NCBI GenBank assembly: GCA_009602725.1
Contig: WELB01000021.1
Location: forward strand, 1,002,634 to 1,055,228
Length of the DNA stretch: 52,595 nucleotides
DNA from: Spirogloea muscicola
Taxonomy: Eukaryota
Direction of reading: 5' to 3'
Shown: positions 12,401-25,249 of the stretch, one piece after another
Numbering within the stretch: position 1 is the first letter of the stretch
How the letters are laid out: each line of letters starts with the position of its first letter
Notes under the pieces: model-generated
Seen by the model: the letters and a program-made list of their open reading frames with translations, nothing else
Database searches by the model: none
Told to the model about the DNA's origin: nothing
Translations under genes and position numbers: made by a program

Positions 12401-12589
12401 AATGCTGCAGCAAGAGATAAACTAAGAAGAGTGGCTGGGCTATGGAAGGGAAAAGTGTGTGTCCATTGATGGATGGCCCTGCGTTAGGCAAGTACAAAGG
12501 CAAGTCTACAGATGTACATCACCTGCTGCTGAGCGGACCCTCTCTGTAATTACGGTTCAGCTCGTAGAGGTTCCTGACCGGTGCCCGTA

Positions 12590-15450
12590 AGCCGAACAGC
12601 AAATTCCAAGCTCGTTAGGACGCACCAACTAAAGCTTGTCCAGCCTTCTGGTGCAAAGCATGAGACCGAGCTCGCTGCAAACAGGCTGATAAACCATTGC
12701 GCAAGAAAGAAGAACGTGCTGCTGGCAAGCCCAAGTCAGCTCAAGGCACATCCATACGTCGTCCATTACTTAGTATATTCTTGATGGGTATGGAAACGAG
12801 GTTTTATGCAACCAAAGATGTCGATTGCGACTGGTAGGAGGTGATTGAAGAGGAGATAGACAAAGTAAGTTTCTCTGCCTTGCACTACTTACTGCGTGGC
12901 CAGCAATGTAGGTCGATGCTGGCCATCACACCCCTCCATAATACGCACATCGATGAAGGCAAATGGAATGCTAGTGAGCAGGCAGGCTTCTAACGCTGGA
13001 CACCTCTTACCTTGAAAATACAATTGGCATCCTCCATAGAGTCTATTTGTGAGCTTACCAGAGATGGGCTTGCCGACAAGACTGCAGCCATGGTGGGATG
13101 ACGGGTGAGCAGTTGCCGGATGCGATGCCTGTGTAGAGGAGGCTAAGGGAGCTAATTTGCTCAGTGAAGCACTCACTGCTTTCACAACCTCTAGCTGTTC
13201 GCAGAGGATACCCCCAACTCTCATAAAAGCGCCACAAAGGCTCCTACACCGATCTCTAAATATGGAGCTTCCGTTTGTACGGCTTTCAATTCTTGCCTAC
13301 CTGCACGCTTGCTCAGAGATTAGTTGCAAACACGTCCCTCGTTCACTGCTCAAAGAGTGACTACAAAGCCAATCTTAAGTGCAAGTCAAAGAGCCTGCGA
13401 GAGGTGAACCTCACCTTAGCTGCAGCTGTCGAAGAGCCCCCAGCCTCCAGCCTCCATCTCCAATCTACGCCTGTTAGCATGTTGTCCTTCCATACTCTTA
13501 GTATTTCCCTACTTCAGTGTCGCCTTAGAGCTTGTATCCCCCATGCATCATTTTAGCCTGATAGTCACTGGGAATAGATGATCCTCGACAAAGTTCCTCT
13601 GTGTGTCAACGATGGTCCCCTTCCTTCCATCCTATTACGCCCCATTCAAGGTCAAAAGGAGTCAATTCATGCATGAGCCTGTTGTGCTCATTAGCACAGA
13701 ACATTCCCAGGAATGAAGACCTGAAAAGTGGGACGGACCTGTCTCAGAAGACCGTCCACATCATCGACAATTAGTATGAAACAGGCGGCTGCTCTTCTTC
13801 AGGGGCGGCTGTGCAAGCGAGCCACTTTGCATAAGGAGGGATTTCGGAGTGCATCTACACTATGCGGAGCCGCAGGCTAGGCAAACAGGACCTCTCACAT
13901 ACTCTCGTGTCAGGCATAGGAAGTCAGATGAGCCAAAGCGAGGGAGAGGGACCTCCAATCAAGTGGACGAGTACACTCTGCCATACCTTTCCGTATGTGT
14001 AAGTACGGCCACTGTTGTGCTGAACAGATGTTGGTCGTGACAGCTGTCTGACAGCTTATGTTTGCTGTTGTCGTGCATTATCGTGGTAGTTTAGCAGGTT
14101 CACTGGTTGCAGGAGTCTGGTAGACTTTGCAAGCTCCATAGAAGCATGTAGTAGCTCAGGAAGAGATTACTTGCTTGTGCCCATCATTCTTGAGTCGTGC
14201 TGACACTGTCAACGGACAAACTTTCCAAGAGTGGGTACAATTGCTAGGCGGGAAATCATTTACTTGTGCGTGATGATTACATCTGCAAGCAGCTGCTAAT
14301 AGGCAGCTGGCACTCTCTAGAGTATTGAGAGACGTCGTAAGTCTTAGTCAATACGAGCTCCGACTCCCCATCTAACAGAATCAGCTCACGTCACGAGATA
14401 TGCTCATAAGCTCATAGCTAGCCAACATCATAGGTCGTGTCAGTGACTACTCCTTAGGCATCTCTCGTTCAGCATCTGGACTGTCGCTTTGTACTGAATC
14501 TCGAACCTGTCATAGGCGATACTTAAGCCTGCCGAAGTGCATAGACAGGGAAACCAAGCCTGCAGCATTGCAGCCCACAATAGAATGTCAGACTGCTTTG
14601 GCAAGCAATTAACTGTTGACATACTTTGTCGGGTCTGAAGAGCCTGGAGCAGAGCGGAGCAAAGGAAAGCAGGTAACGAAACGGTCGAGAACCTTGCTTT
14701 GAGATAGATTGTCCAGGAAGACTCCTAGCACGATCTCAACTCTGTCAACAAAGGTGGAGGAGAACAGCAATGCTTGCTTGAAATTTGGCCAGGCAAGGCC
14801 CAAACCGACCCGAAGGATATTGTTGCATTTGTGGTCCAGGTCAAGGATGCTTATTGTGACTTTGCTGAAGGATAAGAAAGTATCTAGGTCACTTAGGCTA
14901 CATGAACAATTCTTGACAGTGGTGATTGCTTGCAGCGCAGCTCGCTGCAGAGTCTCTGCTTTCCTGCATACACCTGCAGTGGACTTCCAAGCCTCCATGA
15001 TTTCGGCGCCAGCCTCAGTAATGACCAAGATGTGCTGTCAAGTGAAGCCAGGATGTTGTAAGCAGGTTGATCGATTGATTCACCCACATCTGCTGAAATC
15101 ATGACTCAACCAGTGCTGAATGTGCAGGCCCTAACGTGAACAATATCAATGCTGCGCGCCGTGCACACAGTTCTTTACAGGAGCTAAGCAAGTCTTGCAC
15201 ATGCCAGGTCACGAGGCCGAGATGGTGCAAAGCCCAGCCTTGGACAGAAGGCTTTCAAGGGCATCAGCGCCACACTCTTGCCTCGGCCACCAGCCAAGGA
15301 CAAACAGACGAGCTGAGAAGTGAGGCAGCTGCAAAGTGAGGCTTAATAGTGCTTACTGCGACGAGGTCGTGGCCGGTGGCGCTTGGCACGTACTCGACGA
15401 TATCAATGACCACGACCGCCCTGGACCTCGACCGCATTCGGCGGGCCATC
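12590..15450 (-). pseudogene. decayed copy U2 of the unidentified multi-copy protein family
   Basis: ORF 14609-15028 IMEAW..AETLQ..CNNILRVGLGLAWP..VLGVFLDNLSQSKVLD..FP, frameshifting into AMLQAWFPCL..IQYKAT. Downstream AFIDVRI..D and VYQPVCSELGL have counterparts at ~42440 and 23730. Confidence 0.6.
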
Positions 15451-16949
15451 CGCGGAGGGGGGAGGGTGCAGTCGCGCGGACTCAGGCAACGGCTGCTTCC
15501 CGGCGCGGCGGTGGGGGCCGCAGTGGTTGGGCGCTCGGCGCTGGAGCTGCTAGCGATGGGCGCCACGACTAGGGAGGAAGGCGCTTTGTAATGGGCGGCC
15601 CCTTCTTCTTTGTGATGGCTGCATCGTCGTGGCGCCCACCAGCAGCGCCACTGGCGCCGCCGTTCCCACCGGCGACTAAATTCCGCAAGCGCGGGTCAGC
15701 GGTCCGTTGACCCGGCCCTCCTCTTTGACGCACGTTCGCGAGGAGGCTAGCCGCCCTAGCTAACCTATGGCTAACCTTAATGGGCGGCCGGGCCAGAGCT
15801 AGAAAGGAAGAAAGAAACAACACAGTTCTTTCCACATAAGGCAACGCCTGTGAGAGGCCAACCCAGAACAGTTGAAGCAGCTTTGAGAGCCAGAGCTGGC
15901 TCGCATGGCAACATGAGTAGAGGCGCATTTGCGGAGCGCGCGTGCCGTGCTCAAAAAGGGCGTCGCCGTTTTCTGTGTGGCGTCCGCCTCCCGCGGTTAG
16001 CGGTCCGTCAAACAGACTTCTGGCTCCGGTGACGGACCCTCGCCGCGAGAGAATAAGCCGGGAGTCGCTGTCCCGCTTTGGTAGCGTGCCGGTAAGTCAT
16101 TCAGGCGGCCGGTAGTTCAGCAGGGCGGAGGGGCTTTCATTACAGAGCCTCGCGCGTGATCAAAAAGCACTTGTTGCCGCCCGCCCTGGCTAACCAACGA
16201 GTACCAGAGAGCCAGATCAAGCGCCATTCCGGCTCTTAGCGATACGGAGGTCAAGGCTTCAGGCGTGGCCCGCACTGGGTGGGCGGGCAGCTGGGCGGCA
16301 GGGCCCCGCCCGCGCGAAGCAGAAATGCGACTTCCTCTGTGCCCGGGATCTGCGTTGCAAGCCCCCCCCACGGCGGCACCGCGACGACTCTCTGTGTCAC
16401 GAAGCTGGGGAAGAGGTGCCCACGGCGGCTCCGGCGCCGGCCAGTGTCGGTACAGCTCTCTGGCGCGCTCCCTATTGGCTGTTGGCGTGGACCACGTGCC
16501 GCCATCCGGCTTAGCTCACCTGGCGCGCATTTTCTGATGATCCAGTAGCAGCAAAGCTGCCGACTGTGCACCACGTGGCAGGCGCGGTCGGCAGGGGTCC
16601 TGGGGGGGCGGGCCGCAGGGAGGGGAAGCGGGCTTGGGCCCGCGCCCTGAGCGTCGGCCCATCGTGTATGCTGATTGTAGCCGGCACTCTGACGCCGCCG
16701 GTGCCGAGAGGGCCTTGCCAAGCACTGCCGGCGGCGCGGTGCCAGTGGGCGAGCTTGCGACGCTGCCGCGCCGAGGGAGCGCGTTGCCGGCTTGCGGCGC
16801 CGGCTTGGGCAGCAGGGACCGCATTGCCCATAGACGATTTGGGGTTTAGGGTGTAGGAAAGGAACCCCACCCCCCAAAACTGCCCAACCCCACGCCCCCT
16901 CCCCGGTCCTCTTTGCAGCCGGCATCACTGCCGAGCTAGCCAGCAGCCC

Positions 16950-19409
16950 TTGCCCCCCCGTTGCCAATGCTCGGCAGCGCTGCCCGCGGCGCCACGGCCG
17001 CCGCCAGCGCTTGCACCGCCGCTCGCTGCAGCTAGCGGGCGCGCGGCGAGCCCAGCGCTCGCCGCTTCCCTCCAGCGCTGCGCGGCAAGCTCGGCGGGCA
17101 GCCTGCTTGACCTGGTGAGTCCTCTGAGCTACTAAGCCTGTCCGAAGTGCTCTTTTCACGGTGCGGCCAAATCAGATGACTCTGGCCATCCAGCACCGGG
17201 GCTGCAATAGCCCGTTGTTCTGCTCTCAATCCGGCCTCTCTGAGCGTCCACTAGCTCGTGTGGACAATGTTGCGGCCTTTGACCGAGCAGGCGGCATTCA
17301 TCACTTGACCTTGCCAAGTGAAAAATTCCGCTCTTGTCACGCGGAATACCAAGATGGTAGATGAGGAGCTAGCTTTTGGTCGGGCCGGCGTCCCAGGCAG
17401 CTGACGAGCGCCACACTTGAGAACGTCCTGGGAGAAGCAAACTGCTCAAGGTAGCCCTCGCCTTGTTCGTTGCTTGTCGGTTGCCCATCGCCAGTCACCT
17501 ACTTTTTCTTCCTTTGCCCGCCTTAGGGAAAGTAGCGTGACACAATGTAGGCAGTGGAAGACTAAATGCGTGAATGAGTTCCCTTTTACAACCTCTGCAT
17601 TCGTAAATCTGTGCAGATGCGGGCACAGACAGCACTGGCTTGATGGCCCAATTATTGCCGTGCCTGCGCTGCCACCATGTTTACCGGGACCTCCAACAGA
17701 ATCTTGACAACCAAGGCATACCTTTGTCCAGCTTGTGGAGACTGACATTTGAACCAACAGACGTTGAGGCTATCCTCTTTCTGAGGAGAAGAAATGCCGG
17801 GCGTGACCAGGTTACTGAGCAGGAGACTAGGTTGGTACCTGACATAGACGTGCACATCGAACATCCTGCGAACCTTGGGGTCCTTGACGGTAGACGCAGC
17901 CTTCTTCTACGTATACATTGTAATGGAAACATCTGTACTGACTGTCAGTACTCTTAGGAGTGAGGCAGCCGGTATGCATAGCCGATTCTTGCTAGGATAT
18001 GCACGCTGCTGGCTCAGTCCAACCAAAGTGGCTGGCGTACTGACAGCCATAAGTGTGTGAGTTTCATAAAGCTAGGAAGCTGCTACAAAGATTGTGTTTG
18101 CTGAGTTCCCATTTGTAGCACCTTCTGAGGGAACAATGACAGGATATGATATTTTCGCCGGAAAACAGGTCACGATTGCAATGGGAGTCATCCCCGGCAT
18201 GTGTTTAGCCCTTTGAGTGGAGCACCAGGCAATATCGACAGGCGGGTCAGGGAAAGGGAAGGCGGCGCTGTAATTGGGGCATGGAGGGACTGCAGCAGTG
18301 TGGTGGACATCAATGACAACAACATTCTGATTGGAAGGAGGACCATTCTACAGTACTATCATGGACAGTCTCATCTTCTCAGAACAAGAACAGTTTGGAT
18401 GATGGTGCAGTACGTCAAGTGGGGGCCTGCTAACAAAGGCGAGCTTGCACCTGATGTAAGTCTTATGTATGTATAAATGTATGTCTCGGCTGCTCTTTTG
18501 CCCACATTGATTGCGCCTCCTTGAGATGTATGCAAGTATGATACAACAACCTGATCTCTATGCATGGCAAGGCAAGCCTTTCCCTCAGGTATTCCTATAT
18601 TGCTCTATGGTCCTAGTCTTTGCATTGCCTTTGGTTTTGTGATGCATGCTGATCACGAAGCTAGGCTGACACCTCTATTTTCAACTACTTATGTGTAGAT
18701 CTCTACAGCACTGTGCAAGGTGTACAACATGAGGGACCATGCTCCCCAGTACGATCTGGCAGCGCACGATCCAGTCCCAGCCCCAGCCGCAGCCCCAGCC
18801 CTAGCTCCAGATGGGGAGGTAGGACTGCCCCTAATTCGCCAAGCTAGTCTTAAGACAATAAGACTCTACAACAAGGCATACCGATTTGGTCCTTGTGTGC
18901 AAGGGCTCATGCAACTGCTTCTGCTAAGTCTGCACATGGCTCGCTCTCACGATGGACATGCAGGACAACACTCCCCCCACCTTGTAGCCTAATTGTTGCT
19001 TCAAAGACGATGATCAGATGGAGGAGGTGGACAACGGCATTGGGGTTGACCCGCAAGGTCAGATTGACGTCAATGAGGAGGTGAGTGTGCCTCATGACGG
19101 TGTGATTTGTGCATGGGCAACTGATCAGCTTACAATTGGGCAGTAAGCGTGTCAAGCAGCAGGAAAGTGAGCAGACATGGTTCTAGCTAGCTTCTTGCAT
19201 CACAGAGCAACCAGAAGCAGTCAGAAGCTGGTCCTAGTGGCACAGGGTGGGAGGTCAGACCAGCATCTCATGAATGTCAATCTTTTGAGCAGATCAAATT
19301 CTGCACATGCCAGGTGTTGACTAAAGTTCTCGTGGTGGATATGCAGGAGTTAAATTGGGTGGAAGGCATATTGGAGTGGGGAGGTTTGGGTGTTGGTCCT
19401 CCTATATGA
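16950..19409 (+). pseudogene. divergent NAC-like gene 2 (best preserved; NAC domain open, apparent 1-nt frameshift in the N-terminal Cys motif)
   Basis: Exons 17617-~17889 (PCLRCHHVY..WRLTFEPTDVEAILFLRRR..LVPDIDVHIEHPANLG), 18169-18455 (HVFSPL..GAWRDCS..IGRRTILQYY..RTVWMMVQY), 18699-18818 (TALCKVY), 18988-19080 and ~19206 onward, with phase-consistent GT-AG junctions. It could still be translated from the ATG at 17642. Confidence 0.8.
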
Positions 19410-19899
19410 GGATCTTGCCTTTGATGATCGGAACCTCCTTCCTGATGCTGACTCCTGCATGAGGATCTGGCCTCGCTTATCATGATTTGGCTGGATGGCA
19501 TTTGATGCCTGGAATGCCCTTTAACGGGATTGAAGCATCGGGACTGTCAATTAGGGATGCTTTACTTTTGATCAAGGTCTACATAAACAGATCCGTGGTG
19601 CCAGCTTTTTTAATGCAGTGGCTACCCTTAAGTGCCCACCCACATTGGCAATTAGTGCGTGCTTTTTCAATGGAGAAAAGTCTTACTTTCTTGACGCCGT
19701 TGGCTCTTTGGACCTGGTATCCTGAATGCTGGTTTCCCTGTCTGCATTGTCCCTGCATATGGCCTGCATCTCGCTGGTTGTGCCCTGGCTGCCGCCTCAG
19801 GCTTAATCAAGGTAAGGCGACTCCTTTCCTGTGCTTCCATTTGCATGTAGACAGTTGCATAGCTTGTGCCTTAGCACCTTCTCGGCCCTGTGGACCTTC

Positions 19900-20880
19900 T
19901 CCATTTACCTTGTCTGGGCTGGCCCTCGCCCCATTTGGTAGAGCCACTTTCTTTTCCTGCTGCTAATCTCTCCCAACTTGCAAATGCTGACTAGAGCTTA
20001 CTCAGCAGGCACCCTTGATATCCTCTAAGATTAATCGGCTCCTCTGAAACTTGTTCAGTGGTTTTGTGGGCTCGCTTTTCAAAGCCGTCGCCCCCTTGGG
20101 AAGAGCTGCTCCTTCTGATGTCAACATCAAAAGAGCGGCTCACAGCGGACGCGCGGCTTGTTGCTGGCCTGATCGGCAAGTAGCCAAGTCAGTGGGCTGC
20201 TCTTGGCTGCACTTGCCCTCCTGGGTCCTTGAATTTCGTTCATTCGTTTTGGGCTGACCAATTGCAGCCATCGCCCCCTCCTGGAAGAGTCTTTCTTTAA
20301 CCTGGGCTGGCCTTTCACAGATGGCCTTGGTCACTAAGTGATCGTCCCTTTGTTACTTTCATAGCTGCGTATTTGGCACTTTCCGGCCCATCTAGGCCCT
20401 GTTCTCTTTTCGGGCTGGCCTCTCACAGCCCTCTGGCCCCTTTTGGACTTGCTGAGTAGACAAGACTTTTCCAGTAGAGGGGATGGCTGTGATTGGCCAG
20501 CCGAGTTAAGAAATTAACCTAAGCTTACATCCTGAACTGAAGTAAGCTCATCCAAAAGGGGGCTGACTAGGTGTTATTGAGCGTTCAATCGCAGTTACGA
20601 CGTTACGACGATTGTCTTTGTGTCATTGGACACAAAGACCTTTCCTTCCGGCCCTTTATGGCCTTGTTCAGGGCTTTGCGCTGGCTCCTCACAGCCATTG
20701 CCCTACATGGACTCTTCCAGCAGAGGGCGATGAGTGGCTGTGAGTGGACGTAGCTGTTATAATTTCATTAACAGCCCTCGCCCCATTTTTAAGAGCTTTC
20801 CTTCAGAGAGATACTTCCAGTAGAGGGCGATGGCTGTGAGTGGCCAGCCCAAGAAGAAGAAGTGAATAATTCGAATGGAA
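19900..20880. repeat. cluster of about nine retrotransposon 3'-terminal hairpin fragments in both orientations
   Basis: GGCTG(N7-9)CAGCC-like motif at ~19917, 20068, 20251, 20303, 20411 and 20680 (+), and ~20484, 20735 and 20832 (-). Confidence 0.75.
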
Positions 20881-22419
20881 GGGGCCGGAGAAAGCGCTAG
20901 AGCAGCTAAGCAGCTACGAAAACTGGATACAGTGTTGCGCAAGAGCCGGTTGAGGAGCTCGAGCCACCTAGCGCCAAAACGCCTCCTGAACGTCGATGGC
21001 GAGGGGGAAGAAGTCGTCCTCCCTCGGGTGGCCGCCTTGGGGCGAAGAACGCGCCCCGAGCCAAAGGAGCCCAAATTGACGCGGCGCCGCTCAGCGCCCC
21101 CCCCCTCCCCCCCCCTTTTGTACTTGGCCACACAGGCCCTCCATCTCTTCATATACACTCCATTCCCCGCCAGGCGGTGCAAGCAACGGTGGCAGCTCTG
21201 CGCGGGCGCCAGAAACAGGAAAGCGAAGGCTCTTCTAAGAGGGACGGTAATGTGTTGCGGGGTTTCATTCGCAGAGAACGGACGCGAAATAAGGAAGACT
21301 CGAAGCAAACAGCAGACCAAGTAGCCACTCATTGACCAAGTCCCATTGACCAAGAAGCTCACACTCACAGCACTGAGCAGTCCACCACCGTTTGTCCATC
21401 AAATGCATTGTGGCCAATGGGCCGCTCCTCTTACATTGATTGCAAGTGACACCAACAAGGGCTTTCTGTGCAGGTGTCGGGCAGCCAGCATAGTAAGACA
21501 AAGACAACTGGAAGATCTTCACGACTCAACTTGGCAGCTTCACAAGACCGCCTCTGCACGTTGAGCTGGGGTAACGAACGTGTGCGGCACTTCAGCAATC
21601 AGAGGTGCTTTCCCTGTAAGCGCTGTTTTTGCAGCTCACGAAGGAGCACGATACCACCAACATAAAGTAGGAGCTATGTTGATTCACCGTCCCATTATAA
21701 GCACCGCGCTTAGTGCCAATGAAGTTCCATAGTACTGCTCAGGCGTTTGGGCTGCCACATCATAGCTGCTATATATAGTGTAAAGGCGCTGGCTGTGAGA
21801 GGTCAGCCCGGAAGATATAGCTGCCACATAGCTGGAAGAGCCCTAAGAAGTTGCCCGGGCTCCCTCAAGTGGTGCACGGCGGACCCGTCGATCGCTCCAT
21901 TATCTCGACTGGCCCTCGGGCGAAGGCAAGAGCGACTCCGTCGTCAAGGCGGGCAAGAGGGTTTTAGTCATCGATGCGGTTATTGAGGCCCAGGCCCACC
22001 GTCACGTAGTAGCCCGATATGGATAAAGCGCCTCCACAGGGGGTGGAGCCTGGATTAGGCCAGCACAAGAGAGCAGACAAGGTGCAGATTAAATTGCAAT
22101 CCAAAACCGCCAACCATTGTTCAGAGCAAGTTGCTACTACAGCTCCTAGCAGCTCAATGACCCCTAGCCAAGAGCCGCAAGTCGGATTGACAGGTTTTTC
22201 CAAAAGGGGTTGATGACTGTGAAAGGCCAGCCCAAAGGAAGATTGACAAAGTCCGAAGGGGCTGGGAAGTGATAAAAACCACACACCTACGCAAGTGGCT
22301 TCATCAATAGGGTCGCCCGTCGGAAAAACGAAACAGCTACTCCCAGATGAGGCAATGCTGTGAGAGCCTAGCCCAGATAAGTTGCTGTTCTACCTAAGGG
22401 CAGTGGCTGTGAAGGAATG

Positions 22420-22862
22420 GACAAGGTCCGTAAGGGCCGAAAGCACCAATCTACAGAACTACTCTTCATGACTTTGGCAACTGGACGCTACATGATTTCT
22501 GATTGGGATATGCAGATCGGAGTAACTAGATGGCGGAATAGTGTCGCCCTGCCGGAACTTGGAGGCAGCAGCCAAAGCGCAGCCTGCCCGCAAGTGTACG
22601 GCAAACATAGTTGAATGCTGCAGAGGAATGGCTGGCGCTTCTTGTACACCTGAGCGAGCGACCTGACGCGGGCTGCTCGCTCTGCTGCCCTTGACGGCAT
22701 ATGACAGCACGCCGCGCGATGGGCTGGAGTAGGTCGAGCCCGCAAGACATAAACGCCCCGTGGACGTCAACCGCAAGCGCGACGGAATCGTCACTAGCAG
22801 GGTGATCTGCTTGATTCCGCTCGTTGGTACGTGCCACCTTGCCGGCCCCATAGCCCACCTCC
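22420..22862 (-). mobile_element. degenerate family D-like endonuclease fragment
   Basis: ADHPASDDSVALAVDVHGA..LDLL..ARRA, and FAVHLRAGCALAAASKFRQGDTIPPSSYSDLH. Confidence 0.85.
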
Positions 22863-23169
22863 TCAATTAATTATTAAGAAGCAACTCCCTTCAACGGCGA
22901 GAGGGCCGTGAACCTGCGGACCATCTCCATTCCTGTTGGGCTGGCCTCTCACAGCCATCGCCACACTTGGAAGAGCTGGTTGCTTGTTATAAGAGGCCAG
23001 CCTATAAAAGAGTGTGGATACTTGTGTATTCGAGAAAGAGGCAGCTCTTTCAAGAGGGAGCGAGGGCTGTAGTACACCAGCCCAGAAAAGCCTGAACATG
23101 GTTCAAAGTAGCCGGAAAGCGTAGAGACCACTGAGTCTACTGGAGACAAAGTAATCAAAATAACAACGT

Positions 23170-23670
23170 GGCTATGCTGTGGAGCGCCCCCACAGCAGGC
23201 TGGCGACAACTTTGGCGCCTTGGGCGTCGAAACAGCCATCCGACCCAATATGTATGGGCGATGCTGGGGTTCTCGACAGCGATGCTGCAACCCGCCTCAA
23301 GGAAGACACCCTCATGGGATTGCGAAGAGGATTGTGGACTGGCCCTCCTTTTGCATAACGTACAAGGACCACCCAGCGGCACTTCCTGGAGGCTCGGTGC
23401 CTTTGGGTCTTGTGTGCTGCTACTGCATACGATTGTCTGTCCCTCCAGCGCTTCCAAGCGCTTGCTTTGCACCGCCTTGCCGGTCGCGCCCTTGCAGCAG
23501 CCTCTGGCTTGCGCAGCGGGGTTGCTAATCCTCCCCTCAGCTCGTCTGACTTTCCTACTGCTGACCCGGGGGTACTAAGAGCGCCCTGTCTGCCTAGCCT
23601 GTGGCTCCGTCAAGAACACCTGTATGCATCTGGCTGGCTTTCACAGCCGCTCGTTTTATATCAGCAGCTG
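23170..23670 (+). mobile_element. degenerate family C fragment with internal deletion
   Basis: YKDHP..ALALHRLAGRALAAASGLRSGVA..LLLTRGY*; 3' UTR matches 36407-36500. Confidence 0.85.
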
Positions 23671-25249
23671 CATTCATATTCTCGCAACTCCCCTCCCTTC
23701 AAATACACGAATCCATTTTTCCTCCCTTCGCATGTGTATCAGCCTACTTGTAGCGAGCTCAGGCTTGCCCCTTGCACCTGAGAGCTGGGCGATATAATTG
23801 GTGGCAGAAGGGCTCAACATTAGCCGTCCAATATTCAGCTTTCGATCAGCGACCTCTACTTGCTGACCCGTGGTTATTGAGCGGGTTTGCTAAGCAGCAG
23901 GTGATGTACATCTGTAGATGCGCTTGACTTTGTACCACTCAGGCCCTCCATCACTAACACGTCTTCTTCCCCGTGCTCATCGGAGTGTGAACCGCGCCGG
24001 CCATGGCGTGGCGACGGCAGCAGCGACGGCGGCGGCGACCGACGGAGGCGGCGACTGGGAAGAAGAAGTGGCACTCCTAATGGCCACCAGTTAATCTGGC
24101 CGCGCTTGCTCCTTAATGGGGGCAACAAAGGGCTGTGAAAAGCCAGCCCGAAAAGAATTGACAAAGGTTCGAAGGGGCCAAATGACGGAGGGGCCTAAAG
24201 CGCTTGGCAGCTACGAGGCGACTGGGAAGCAACCGGACTAGGCGGGCCAGAAGGTGTTGAGAAGAGCAAGGGCCAACTGCCCTCCAGTGTCTGATACCCC
24301 AGCCCGGCGGCGCGCCCTAGCGCCCGACGGTCTGGATCTCACGGCTCGACCCCAAACCCTACGGTGGAGATCCAATCGAACCACCAACCGCTAGGGGATA
24401 AAACCCAGAGCACTCATAAACCTCGGCTACCACTGTGAGCATGAGCATCCCAAGGCGCTGCAACGCAGCTCCACACAGGACTGTTAGACCTAGACCATAT
24501 GAAGCTAGCAGTGGAGACTTCACATAGTTCACTCTTTCCAACACGGAGCATGTGCACAGCCAACGTCGCACCTGCTCTCCAATCTTAGCTTCGGGGAAAG
24601 ACCGGTCCGCATCTCCTGCCGGCCGAGGCGGCGAGCCGTTTGGGCGCCAACTAGGGGCCCAGCGGAGGAACAACAGAATTTTTCAGAAGAAAAAAAAAAT
24701 TGTCTAGGAGGCAGCTCCTTCAATGGAGCCAAAAGGCTGTCAAAAGCCAACCCGCAAAAGAATGAACAGCAGGAGGCAATGGCCCCATAAGCAAGCCCAA
24801 CAAAAATTGAAAGAAACAGCTCTTCCGAATTACAGCAATGGCTGTGAGACGCTTGCCCAAAGGACAGGTACATATACAAGGTCTGACAGGGCCGAAAGGG
24901 CCATACGAGTGGACAGGAGTCAAAAGGAGGCCCCTTACGCCGCATGGCGTAAGGGGAAAGGAGGATGACAGAGGAGGGCTTCTTCTGCTGACTGGGGAGT
25001 AGTAAGCTGCTCCTGTCCGCTGCAGCCACTTTGCATCGTGGCTGCAGAGGAAAGTGGCTCTCCCAAAGTGGGCGAGGGCTGTGAACATCCAGCCCAGACA
25101 TTGTCCGAAGGTGCTTTCAACAGCTGTGTGGACCAATAGCTCTTCCACGGGGGGCGAGCCCTGTGAAAAGACCACCCAGAAAGAATGGACAAGATCAAAA
25201 GGGCCGAAAGGCGCTGAATCACTGAGCTAGAAGGAAAAGCAGCAAGGTT

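Noticed and set aside
16838..16857. GGGGTTTAGGG telomere-like motif (also AAACCCTA at ~24354)
   Set aside because: Single units and no array. Possibly telo-boxes, but not supportable, and the retroelements are not inserted in them.
15900..16950. Overlapping 90-300 aa ORFs in GC-rich islands (also 5.9-6.8, 45.8-46.4 and 48.3-48.6 kb)
   Set aside because: Arg/Ala/Gly-rich low-complexity translations in several frames, as expected from GC content. More likely promoter or 5' regions, with no specific site identifiable.
19900..25230. Many similar short repeats separated by unique sequence, superficially CRISPR-like
   Set aside because: Mixed orientation, irregular spacing, degenerate copies, eukaryotic context and no cas genes. 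The repeats are retrotransposon 3' ends.
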